The notes beneath the pieces are model-generated. The model was given only the letters and a program-made list of their open reading frames with translations. It searched no databases and was not told the origin of the DNA. A stretch of DNA of 64,000 nucleotides from Candidatus Iainarchaeum sp. (GTDB taxonomy: Archaea > Iainarchaeota > Iainarchaeia > Iainarchaeales > JAFCCJ01), in the NCBI GenBank assembly GCA_043816965.1, contig JBDRHK010000015.1, positions 3,548 to 67,547 on the forward strand, given 5' to 3'. Below, in pieces: positions 55,850 to 64,000 of this stretch. Within the stretch, counting starts at the first letter, position 1. Every line of letters begins with the position of its first letter. The translations under genes were made by a program, and so were the position numbers.

Positions 55850-57148
55850 TCGGGCGGGTTGGGAACACCCCCTCACTTGCGTGTTGAGCCAGGAATGGTC
55901 CACAGGGTTAATGGAGGGGTTCTCTTTTTGGATGAGATTTCCACTCTCTCCCCAAAATCCCAGCAGGAATTGCTTACAGCAATGCAGGAAAAGAAATTCT
56001 CAATTACGGGCCAAAGCGAGATGAGTTCAGGTGCAATGACAAGGACAGAGCCGGTTCCATGCGATTTTGTCCTTATTGCCGCAGGGAATTACAATGATTT
56101 GAGAAAAGTTCATCCTGCACTTAGGAGCAGGATAAGGGGCTATGGTTATGAGGTCTATATGAACCTTGAAATGGAAGACAATGAGGAGAACAGGAAAAAG
56201 ATTGTGCAGTTTATTGCGCAGGAAGTAACAAAGGATGCCAAAATCCCGCATTTCTCGGCAGATGCAATTGAGTCAATTATTTTCGAGGCAAGGAGAAGGG
56301 CAGGAAGGAAAAATAAACTCACCCTTAAGTTAAGGGATTTAGGCGGGCTGGTCAGGGCCGCAGGAGACATTGCAAAGGAAAAAGGCCATGGCCTGGTTGA
56401 CGCACAGGATGTTCTCGAGGCAAAGATGTCGGCAAGAACCCTGGAACAGCAGATGGTTAACAAAATTATTGATGAAAAGAAGGATTATGATGTTTACCTT
56501 TTTGAGGGAAGTGCCATTGGGAGGGTTAACGGCCTTGCGGTTTCAGCAGACGGGGATGCGGGGCTCATCCTGCCCATAGAGGCAGAAGTTGCCCCTGCCC
56601 AGAGCAGTGCTGAAGGCAAGCTAATTGCAACCGGAAAGCTTGGGGAGATAGCAAAGGAAGCTGTGCAGAATGTCTCCGCAATAATAAAGAAATTGAGCGG
56701 AAAAGACATTGCCAGCCATGACCTCCATATTCAGTTCCTCCAAACCTACTCAGGTGTTGAGGGCGACAGCGCGTCAGTTAGTGTTGCAACAGCGGTGATT
56801 TCCGCGCTTGAGGGAATTCCTGTAAAGCAGAGCCTTGCAATGACCGGTTCTTTAAGTGTCAGGGGAGAGGTTCTGCCAGTGGGAGGTGTTACGGCGAAAG
56901 TTTCAGCTGCAATCTTTGCTGGATTTAAGGAAGTAATTGTCCCATATGCAAATAAGGACGATATTATTCTTCACAAAGAACGCCTGGATAAAATAAAAGT
57001 AATTCCCGCAAAAAACCTTTCCGATGTCCTGGAAAATGCATTTGAAAAATCCCCTAAAAAGAAAAAGTTCATGACCTCCTTGAAAAAACTGCTTCACATC
57101 GAACTTTCAAATGTAGTGGAAAAAGTGATTCCCAAAACAGTGGCATGA
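55727..57148 (+). CDS. lonB: Intein C-fragment fused to LonB C-terminal part (Walker B, sensor regions, Lon protease domain)
   Basis: [41 protein letters not shown]|[31 protein letters not shown]...GDSASVS...GGVTAKV. Confidence 0.85.
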   Translation: MEHKSKTERVSSVSKRPFRGHVYNVTTETGNLFVEDVLVHNSGGLGTPPHLRVEPGMVHRVNGGVLFLDEISTLSPKSQQELLTAMQEKKFSITGQSEMSSGAMTRTEPVPCDFVLIAAGNYNDLRKVHPALRSRIRGYGYEVYMNLEMEDNEENRKKIVQFIAQEVTKDAKIPHFSADAIESIIFEARRRAGRKNKLTLKLRDLGGLVRAAGDIAKEKGHGLVDAQDVLEAKMSARTLEQQMVNKIIDEKKDYDVYLFEGSAIGRVNGLAVSADGDAGLILPIEAEVAPAQSSAEGKLIATGKLGEIAKEAVQNVSAIIKKLSGKDIASHDLHIQFLQTYSGVEGDSASVSVATAVISALEGIPVKQSLAMTGSLSVRGEVLPVGGVTAKVSAAIFAGFKEVIVPYANKDDIILHKERLDKIKVIPAKNLSDVLENAFEKSPKKKKFMTSLKKLLHIELSNVVEKVIPKTVA

Positions 57149-58420
57149 TTAAACAATCTGAATTCTTCCGTCGCGGAAAATGAACTCTTTTTTATTAAGT
57201 TGGAAATCCTTTTTTGAGCCAAAGCCCTTTACGGCAATTGAATTTTTTGCCTTTTCAATTTCCCCCACCTTTCCAACCCATTTTCCATCTTTATTGTAAA
57301 CAGGAAGGCCAATCATCAGTTTTGTGATTTTATCCCTGACCTCAAATACGCCGGATGCCCAGGTGACTATTAGCGCAACAACAAAGCTTGCAAAGGCGCT
57401 CAGGATAAACACATACAAATCTATGTTTTGTATAATAACATGCTTGCCTGCTTCAAGGACAAAAAGAATCAGAAGCACATAAATCCCGCTGAGGAAATAT
57501 GTTCTTAAGTAGAACGCCTTCTTGAGGTGAATGGCGTCTATTGCCCTGCCAATAAGAAAAACAATTATTGCAAGTGCGCCGAACTCCATAAGCCCGCCCA
57601 AACCATTGGCCGCATTATTAACCACATTATCCGTAACCCCTGCAGAATAGTACTCGAATAACGCCGTTATAAATTTCGGGTATGCGGTAATGCCCCCGAA
57701 GACAAAAAGCAGAAGCACAACAACATATGCAAATACTGAGGTCCTTTGGAGGGAAAAACTCCTTGCGAAAGAGACCACAAATTTCTCAATTTTTTCCTCA
57801 AGCCCAAGCCCCCTCAGAATTGCGTAAAGGCCGACAATGGCTGCAATTATCATGATAAAAAGTTCCTGCCTCCCTATCGCATAGAGGATTGCCCCAAAAA
57901 GAATTATTATCCCCGGGATGAGAAAGAAAATCCTCGCAAGTGCAGGGTCCTTTAAGGCGGCCTTTATTGTGTAATATGTGGATTCCACCTGCTTTGCCTG
58001 CTTTATTATCAGGATCTCTTTGGAAATTATCGGGAGCCTGCTTTGCAAAATCGGAATAACCTGGTCATCTTCCGCGCCATCAGTAACCAGGACAAAGCCA
58101 TCGGCGGGAAAATTCTCCAACACCTTGTCAATCTGCTGATTAATCTTCTTGTCTGACTCATAATCTGTTTTACCATGCCCTGTAAGGGTCACAATTTCCG
58201 CAGCGGCAGAATGCTTCTTTACCTCGTCAAATTTCTTAACCGCGGCAAAAATGCTGTTTACATCACTATCGGAAGGGTCCTTTATCGCGAGTTTTGCGGC
58301 GGCATTAATGTTTGCCTTTCTCCCCAATATCGGGCCGGTAATTCCTGCCTTTATCCCGAGGTCGTTGTCCCTATCAACACATACTACGAGAATATTGTTC
58401 AGTTCAGCCATTGCAAACAA
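57149..58420 (-). CDS. DUF373-like archaeal membrane protein
   Basis: N-terminal soluble domain ILVVCVDRDNDLGIKAGITGPILGR...DPSDSDVNSIFAA, six or seven TM helices and a small C-terminal beta domain. Family recalled from memory. Confidence 0.5.
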   Translation of the reverse strand: MFAMAELNNILVVCVDRDNDLGIKAGITGPILGRKANINAAAKLAIKDPSDSDVNSIFAAVKKFDEVKKHSAAAEIVTLTGHGKTDYESDKKINQQIDKVLENFPADGFVLVTDGAEDDQVIPILQSRLPIISKEILIIKQAKQVESTYYTIKAALKDPALARIFFLIPGIIILFGAILYAIGRQELFIMIIAAIVGLYAILRGLGLEEKIEKFVVSFARSFSLQRTSVFAYVVVLLLFVFGGITAYPKFITALFEYYSAGVTDNVVNNAANGLGGLMEFGALAIIVFLIGRAIDAIHLKKAFYLRTYFLSGIYVLLILFVLEAGKHVIIQNIDLYVFILSAFASFVVALIVTWASGVFEVRDKITKLMIGLPVYNKDGKWVGKVGEIEKAKNSIAVKGFGSKKDFQLNKKEFIFRDGRIQIV

Positions 58421-58492
58421 CCCTTAGTAAGTTATTTATATTATTGTTAGCATCTAATATAAGTATATTACGGCTATACAAACAATAAAAAA

Positions 58493-59467
58493 ATGCCTTT
58501 TTGGGGCCTGAAAATGGATACTGAAAAAATGAAACAGGTTGTATTTTTGGTGGTGGTTGCCATAATTGCGGCTGCCCTGCTGATTGGCTTATTTGCAATG
58601 GATTTCATCATTGCGAATGCGCCAATAATTCTGGGAATTATCTTCATTATAGTGCTCCTCATAATTCTGCTTAATTTCGGGCTTATTATTTTCCTCAAGG
58701 ATTATGAAAGGGCAGTAATTTTTCGTTTTGGAAAGGTGAACAGGGTAGGCGGGCCTGGATGGGCCATAATGATTCCTGTTCTTGAGAGCTTTACAAAAGT
58801 TGATACAAGAGTTCACACAATTGATGTAACCAAACAGGACGTGATAACAAAAGACGGAATTGAGGTAAGGGCAGATGCGGTAATCTACATCAGGGTTAAG
58901 AGGGACAAGCAATCCGTGATAAATTCTGTTATTGAGGTTGAGAATTATGAAAAGGCGTCATTGCTTTATGTTGTTGCATTAATCCGTGATATTGCGGGTT
59001 CACTGGAATTGAATGAACTCATCTCAAATATTGACGCATTGAATAAGCGCCTTACCGATGGCCTGGATAAAATTTCCGTAAACTGGGGAGTTGACTGTGA
59101 GACCGTTGAAATAAAGGACATCCAAATTCCAAGGCTGGTTCTTGATGCGATGCACGAGGAAAAGGCGGCGGTCCAGCAGAAGCTGGCGAGAATGGAATCT
59201 GCAAAGGCCCACCAGGCAGAAATTGATGCAGTTAAGGAGGCAGCGGAAAACTTAAGTGACAGGGCACTTGCATACTATTATGTGAAGGCACTTGAAAAAT
59301 TGGGGGAAGGGCAGAGCACAAAATTCATTTTCCCAATGGAGCTGACCAAGCTAGCCTCAGCTGTTAGTGGCGGAGGCTCCAAGAGCGAGGATTTGGAGGA
59401 GCTGTTCAGGAAATATGCCCCTGCAATAAAGAAAATCGTCGGTGCAGCGGCAAAGAAAAAGAAATAA
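58493..59467 (+). CDS. SPFH/band-7 (stomatin/prohibitin-like) protein
   Basis: TM anchor, then YERAVIFRFGKV...GPGWAIMIPVLE...VDTRVHTIDV...TKDGIEVRADAVIYIRV. Confidence 0.85.
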   Translation: MPFWGLKMDTEKMKQVVFLVVVAIIAAALLIGLFAMDFIIANAPIILGIIFIIVLLIILLNFGLIIFLKDYERAVIFRFGKVNRVGGPGWAIMIPVLESFTKVDTRVHTIDVTKQDVITKDGIEVRADAVIYIRVKRDKQSVINSVIEVENYEKASLLYVVALIRDIAGSLELNELISNIDALNKRLTDGLDKISVNWGVDCETVEIKDIQIPRLVLDAMHEEKAAVQQKLARMESAKAHQAEIDAVKEAAENLSDRALAYYYVKALEKLGEGQSTKFIFPMELTKLASAVSGGGSKSEDLEELFRKYAPAIKKIVGAAAKKKK

Positions 59468-59485
59468 CCATTTTTTTTCATAAAT

Positions 59486-60481
59486 CTACTTTTTCAGAAT
59501 CACAAATGCCGCAACCAAGCCCATGATTAACCATGAGCCGAGTGTGACAAGCAGAATAAGCATTGAATCCCCTGAAACAATTGCCACTGCCTCAATAATC
59601 CCCCCAATGAGAAGGAAGAAGAGGGCGAAGAAAAGCAAAATCAAAACATCCTTTGCAATAATCTCAAATTCATGGGTCATGTATTTCTTTTTTGTAATCG
59701 CGACCGAAATAATTCCCCCCGCAATCGCGCCTATGAAATAACCCACCAATTCAGGAATTCCATGCGGCACAAATGAAACCGCCCTTAGAATTCCCATCCC
59801 GATATCAGTTGTCAAAATTTCCTTCCCTATAAACAAGCCCATTACAGATGCATTCCAGCTTAGGAGCCAGAGGGCACCTGCCCCTAGAAGAAATGAAAGC
59901 AGCACTGCAAGCAGCAAAACCATCGTGTTGTTCATGAAGACCAATTCAAAGCATGCCGGAATTGATTTTGTTGAATCGTTCTTGCATTCACTGTAACCCT
60001 TGCCAACCTCAACGGCTTTTGCGGTTGTGATTTCGGTGAAATTGCCCCCTGTTATCGCCCTCCAGCTGTTCTCCTGCTCCATGAAAACTTTGTCTTTGGT
60101 GGGCATAATGCACTCAAATCCACCTCCCTCAGCGCAGTTTTGGGGCTTTTCCAAAGGGAGTACTACAAACCAGAAACTGTAGCTTATAACCAGGCCTATG
60201 AAGAACCAGCCATAGATTTTTACTAAACTAAAATGCCTTGCCATAAACCCCAAAGTCGGACCTGGATGCCTTGCCTCGGCGGTTTCCTCAGCCACGAAAA
60301 TGCTGTGTATTATTGGCATAAGGCCCAATGCCACAATCAGCAATGCGGAAACACTTGCCGCATTCGGGAACAAATGATAGCTGATAAAAATCGCAAAACT
60401 TGAGAGCAGAATGGACATTACAAGTATCTTTACAGGATGGGTCCTAACCCCAGAATAACTGAAAATCGCTTCCAGAACCAT
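59486..60481 (-). CDS. SpoIIM/DUF95-like membrane protein
   Basis: VPHGIPELVGYFIGAIAGG motif with multiple TM helices. The ATG at 60481 follows a TATA-like box and avoids overlap with csl4. Confidence 0.5.
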   Translation of the reverse strand: MVLEAIFSYSGVRTHPVKILVMSILLSSFAIFISYHLFPNAASVSALLIVALGLMPIIHSIFVAEETAEARHPGPTLGFMARHFSLVKIYGWFFIGLVISYSFWFVVLPLEKPQNCAEGGGFECIMPTKDKVFMEQENSWRAITGGNFTEITTAKAVEVGKGYSECKNDSTKSIPACFELVFMNNTMVLLLAVLLSFLLGAGALWLLSWNASVMGLFIGKEILTTDIGMGILRAVSFVPHGIPELVGYFIGAIAGGIISVAITKKKYMTHEFEIIAKDVLILLFFALFFLLIGGIIEAVAIVSGDSMLILLVTLGSWLIMGLVAAFVILKK

Positions 60482-60614
60482 AATATTGAGATTACAGCAC
60501 CGCAATTTATATATCTTTCTAATTAAAAGAATCTTATAGGCATAGAAAAGTATAAGCAGTTTTATTGCAGGCAAAATAACTGATTTTATGCGGTTTTTTA
60601 AAGAGGGGATTTGA

Positions 60615-61181
60615 TTGAAAAAAGACAAGGAAATGGTTTATCCAGGCAGCTTTCTTTCAACTGAAGAGGAATTTGTTCCTGGAAAAAATGCATATGGTGA
60701 TGAGGAAGGCAATGTCACTTCGACCACTGTTGGCGAAAAAGACCTTGACATGGAAACAAGGGAAGCCAATGTGATACAGAAAACCGGCGAGGTAAAGCCC
60801 CTTGATGTTGGGAGCATAGTTATTGCAAGGGTATCTCTTGTGAAGGACAGCTCGGCAATGGTTGAGATGCTCTCAGCGGAGAAAGATGGCGAGGAAAGGA
60901 AAATACTGAAATCCTATGCAAGCATTCCTGTCTCAAATATCAGCACAGAATATGTCAGGAATGTCAAGGACATGTTCAGGATTGGGGATTTTGTAAAGGC
61001 AAGGGTCGCAAAAGTTGTTCCTTGGGGAATTGATTTGGAAACAAGGGACAAAGGACTGGGGGTCATAAAGGCATACTGCGTTGAGTGCAGGAAGCCGATG
61101 GAATTGTTTGATGGTAATTTGAAATGCCCTGGCTGCGGGGCATCAAGCCCAAGAAAAGTTTCCGCAGACTACGTACATTAA
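60615..61181 (+). CDS. csl4: Exosome complex RNA-binding protein Csl4
   Basis: VYPGSFLSTEEEFVPGKNAY, an S1 domain and a C-terminal zinc ribbon CVECR...CPGCG. Conserved csl4-rpoL adjacency. Confidence 0.8.
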   Translation: MKKDKEMVYPGSFLSTEEEFVPGKNAYGDEEGNVTSTTVGEKDLDMETREANVIQKTGEVKPLDVGSIVIARVSLVKDSSAMVEMLSAEKDGEERKILKSYASIPVSNISTEYVRNVKDMFRIGDFVKARVAKVVPWGIDLETRDKGLGVIKAYCVECRKPMELFDGNLKCPGCGASSPRKVSADYVH

Positions 61182-61194
61182 AGGAGGAATTCAA

Positions 61195-61470
61195 TTGGAC
61201 ATAGAAATTGTAAAAAATGAAAAGAATTTGCTGGAGTTTATTCTGAAGGGGGAGAGGCACACCTACCCAAACCTTTTGAAAAGCGCACTTTTGGAGGATT
61301 CAAGCGTTGAATTTGTTTCCTATATCCTTGACCATCCAATGGACAATGATTCAAGGTTTGTGGTGAGAACCAAAAAATCCACCCCGAAAAAGGCGCTGGA
61401 AGATGCAACAAAAAAGATTGAATCAGATATTAATGCATTTGATTTGGCGATGAAAAAGGCCCTTAAATAA
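61195..61470 (+). CDS. rpoL: DNA-directed RNA polymerase subunit L (Rpo11)
   Basis: LEFILKGERHTYPNLLKSAL...VEFVSYILDHP...RFVVRTK, 91 aa. Confidence 0.8.
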   Translation: MDIEIVKNEKNLLEFILKGERHTYPNLLKSALLEDSSVEFVSYILDHPMDNDSRFVVRTKKSTPKKALEDATKKIESDINAFDLAMKKALK

Positions 61471-61509
61471 TTGCATTAATTTAAATAAGTCTCCACTCAA
61501 TTCATATTC

Positions 61510-62355
61510 ATGCTTAAGGAACTAAAGGAAAAATTAAGGTGGCTGGACCCCTTCACCTATGTTGACATGTTTATTGTTGATAAGGTTAAGGGACAAAACA
61601 AAACCATCCAGAACATAGTTTTCCTTTTCAGCATGGCTCTGGTCTCGGTTTTATTTTACCTATTTGCAATTAAGGGGGCAGAACTTTCATTCCTCCCCAT
61701 AATAATTTTCATTGTATTTACTGCACTCATATATTTCGTTTTGAAAGAAGAATATGTTGAATGGGGCATTTACCTTGCAACAGCATTCATTCTTGCACTG
61801 GTTGTTTTTTCAGCTTCAGGATTAATCCTTGGCACAGATTCCCCGATGGTGATAGTGGTGAGTGGTTCAATGGAGCCATTCTACTATAGGGGGGATGTTG
61901 TCTTTTTGCAGGGAGTGCCACCCGAACAACTCGTGGGCAAGGAAGTGACAATTGACCGTTCCCTTAAGGGCATTCCACTAAGCCAGTTGGGCCGGATAAT
62001 AAGATCCAATGGCGAAACAACCGCAATCCAGTTCAACGATGGCCCTCTTTTGGAACTGGATGCTAAGGGGGATATTGTTGTTTACCCATCCAGCTACATA
62101 AACGGCCCGGTAATCCATCGCATTGTGGCAAAAATTAATGCAAAGGACGGCATTTACCTAATCACAAAAGGGGACAACAATACCAAACTCGATCAGGAAA
62201 CTGCAATAAGCCCAACATTAGTGGATGCCTCAAAAATAACTGGGAGGAGTGTTTTCGACATTCCTGCAATTGGGTATGTAAAGCTCATACTTTTTGATGA
62301 CCTGTCAATTTTAATTTTCGGCTGCCCAAATCAATTGGGATGCCCCTTTCCATGA
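61510..62355 (+). CDS. Signal peptidase I (archaeal/ER S26B type)
   Basis: VVSGSMEP (catalytic Ser), GDVVFLQG, VIHRIV (His), TKGDNN. Confidence 0.8.
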   Translation: MLKELKEKLRWLDPFTYVDMFIVDKVKGQNKTIQNIVFLFSMALVSVLFYLFAIKGAELSFLPIIIFIVFTALIYFVLKEEYVEWGIYLATAFILALVVFSASGLILGTDSPMVIVVSGSMEPFYYRGDVVFLQGVPPEQLVGKEVTIDRSLKGIPLSQLGRIIRSNGETTAIQFNDGPLLELDAKGDIVVYPSSYINGPVIHRIVAKINAKDGIYLITKGDNNTKLDQETAISPTLVDASKITGRSVFDIPAIGYVKLILFDDLSILIFGCPNQLGCPFP

Positions 62356-62573
62356 GATATTGTGTATAAAATGCTGAATTTATGCGTAGAAATCAGTTTT
62401 TAGGCATTTTTCAGATTAAGTATCTATTATTAATAGAATTCTCAAAGGGAAAAATTTTAAATACTACTTCATATAATATGTAATAGATAAGTCCCCCGCC
62501 ATTCTGTAAGGAACGGCGGGCTTTCTCTTATTTTAACATTGTTTTTTATTGTTTTCATGGCCTAATTTCTTGG

Positions 62574-63212
62574 ATGAGTCAAAATAAAAATTTGAGAAAG
62601 GTCTTGTTTATAGACGGCAGTAATTTGTATCACAGTATGAAGGATAACGACTACGACCCCAACAATCTCCATTTTCTAAAGTTTTGTGAAAAAATTTCGA
62701 GGGAGGAGAAGCCTGTCGTTCGCTATTATACTGCCCCGAGAAAAAGGCAAGATGGTCTCAGAAAGTATGTTAATCAACAAAACTTCCATGAGAAAATAAA
62801 GGGACAAAACCCTAACCTATCTATCTATTTTGGGAGATTACAGAGCAATCATAGAATAAAAGACCTTTATGATAATGCGATTATGAAAAGTTTTGGGTTT
62901 GATGAAGAAACTATCCTAAAAATTCATACTTTAATGAAAGCATTGAAACTACATACACTTCATAAAGAAAAGGGGGTTGATGTAAAAATCGCTGTTGACT
63001 TAATAGATATGGCACAAAGAAATGAATACGACATTGCCATTTTGGTTTCCGGGGACGCGGATATTACCCCGTCTGTAAAACTTGCCAGAAGAGAAGGCAA
63101 AAAAATCATCAACGCCCATTTTTACAAGTGCAGTTCTTCAGAGCTTCGAATGGCCTGCAATTCACATTTTGTTTTAGCTGAAAAGACCTTTGAAGGGTGT
63201 TGGATTAGCTAA
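62574..63212 (+). CDS. NYN/LabA-like domain protein
   Basis: VLFIDGSNLYHS...KGVDVKIAVDLIDMA...DIAILVSGDADITP matches the NYN acidic residues. Confidence 0.7.
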   Translation: MSQNKNLRKVLFIDGSNLYHSMKDNDYDPNNLHFLKFCEKISREEKPVVRYYTAPRKRQDGLRKYVNQQNFHEKIKGQNPNLSIYFGRLQSNHRIKDLYDNAIMKSFGFDEETILKIHTLMKALKLHTLHKEKGVDVKIAVDLIDMAQRNEYDIAILVSGDADITPSVKLARREGKKIINAHFYKCSSSELRMACNSHFVLAEKTFEGCWIS

Positions 63213-63310
63213 TATGCAAATATTATTGCACAGAACCTTATCCAGAATTAACCCCTTCCCATGAGAGAGGTTTTTAAGGATAATCAAACTAAATGGTTTT
63301 AGTGGTAAAA

Positions 63311-64000
63311 ATGACTGAACTAATGCTTGAGAGCGCAACCAATTTCAAGAAGTGCATTGATGCAATTTCCGTGCTTATAGATGAGGCGGAATTCACAATC
63401 GACAAGGAAAAACTGAGCCTAAAGGCAACAGACCCAAGCCAGATTTCAATGATTGATTTCGAGATTCCAAAATCAGCATTCAAGGAATTCAATCTTGCCG
63501 CACCTACCAAAATCGGCCTTGATCTGGATTATTTAAGCCAGATAATGGCAAGGGCAAGCGCAAAGGACTCGCTGAAACTCTCTTTGGATGAGGAAAAATC
63601 AAGGCTGAAAATCACATTCAAGGGGGATTCAACACGCTCCTTTTCTGTTTCGCTTGTTGATGTCAGTGCAACTGAGCCCCCATCACCGAAAATAGAATTC
63701 GACGCCGAGATAAGGATAAAGGCAGACGCCCTGCAGAACGGGCTCAAAGATGCGGCACTTATTTCCTCGCACATAACAGTCGGGGCAGATGCAGAGGAAT
63801 TCTATATCAAGGCATCTTCCTCAAAGGGAAATTTGAAAAACGACACAAAGAAGGGCGATGCCTCTCTTGTAGAAATGAAGGTGAAAAACCCGGCAAGCGC
63901 AACCTTCCCCCTGGATTACTTGGCAGATATGGTAAAGGCAGCCAGCTCAGACACAGATGTAACGGTAAACCTCAAAAACGACGCGCCAATTGAAATCTCC
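63311..64000 (+). CDS. pcn: PCNA sliding clamp, 3'-truncated by window edge
   Basis: Not in the track because there is no stop. Hand translation: MTELMLESATNFKKCIDAISVLIDEAEFTIDKEKLSLKATDPSQISMIDFEIP...FPLDYLADMVKAASSDTDVTVNLKNDAPIEIS. Confidence 0.85.
   Translation, partial: MTELMLESATNFKKCIDAISVLIDEAEFTIDKEKLSLKATDPSQISMIDFEIPKSAFKEFNLAAPTKIGLDLDYLSQIMARASAKDSLKLSLDEEKSRLKITFKGDSTRSFSVSLVDVSATEPPSPKIEFDAEIRIKADALQNGLKDAALISSHITVGADAEEFYIKASSSKGNLKNDTKKGDASLVEMKVKNPASATFPLDYLADMVKAASSDTDVTVNLKNDAPIEIS

Noticed and set aside
54210-56024. Track ORFs 54210..54482(-) and 55674..56024(+)
   Set aside because: The first spans non-coding spacer and overlaps the SD/ATG of the forward cassette. The second is an alternative frame of the IntC-lonB ORF. 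Neither has motifs.
1-64000. CRISPR arrays, rRNA or tRNA genes, transposase/integrase genes, recognisable defence systems
   Set aside because: I found no regularly spaced direct repeats, no cloverleaf-compatible or rRNA-like segments, and no integrase, transposase, RT, Cas or restriction-modification motifs on reading both strands. The NYN and PIN proteins are solitary and look like housekeeping RNase-fold proteins.

Overview
This is an archaeal chromosomal window with compact, largely co-directional gene blocks. I cannot place it taxonomically without a database search; the small overlapping genes, many pilin-like genes and split or intein-bearing core genes would fit an uncultivated DPANN-like lineage. 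I saw no rRNA, tRNA or CRISPR array. Core information-processing genes are dense: Orc1/Cdc6, RFC small and large subunits, PCNA (partial at the 3' edge), type IA topoisomerase, NreA-like repair protein, ThrRS, PheRS alpha and beta, RNase Z, Csl4, RpoL, CDC48 and LonB. Three things stand out. (1) A large type IV pilus-like locus (1-13.7 kb, running off the 5' edge) holds an A24 prepilin peptidase, two TadB/C-like membrane proteins, a VirB11/KlbA-like ATPase and at least nine class III signal-peptide proteins. Two of these are sub-60-aa genes missing from the ORF track. A second pilin-like cluster lies at 32-34.2 kb and contains a third untracked small pilin. (2) Three independent LAGLIDADG elements sit in or at essential genes. 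One is a 438-aa Ala1 (KlbA/class-2-like) intein in the pilus ATPase. One is a homing-endonuclease ORF fused in frame to the N-terminus of a YchF/OLA1-like GTPase. The most interesting is a lonB gene broken exactly at an intein, leaving IntN (134 aa) and IntC (41 aa) ORFs 2.2 kb apart, with a free-standing LAGLIDADG cassette between them; this looks like a natural split intein or a snapshot of one forming. (3) Several conserved non-coding signals: a CGTCAATTGACG palindrome abutting the TATA box at three promoters, a duplicated promoter, ArsR-type operator repeats and a GC-rich structured intergenic element. All coordinates and translations are by hand or from the ORF track, and no homology search was run.
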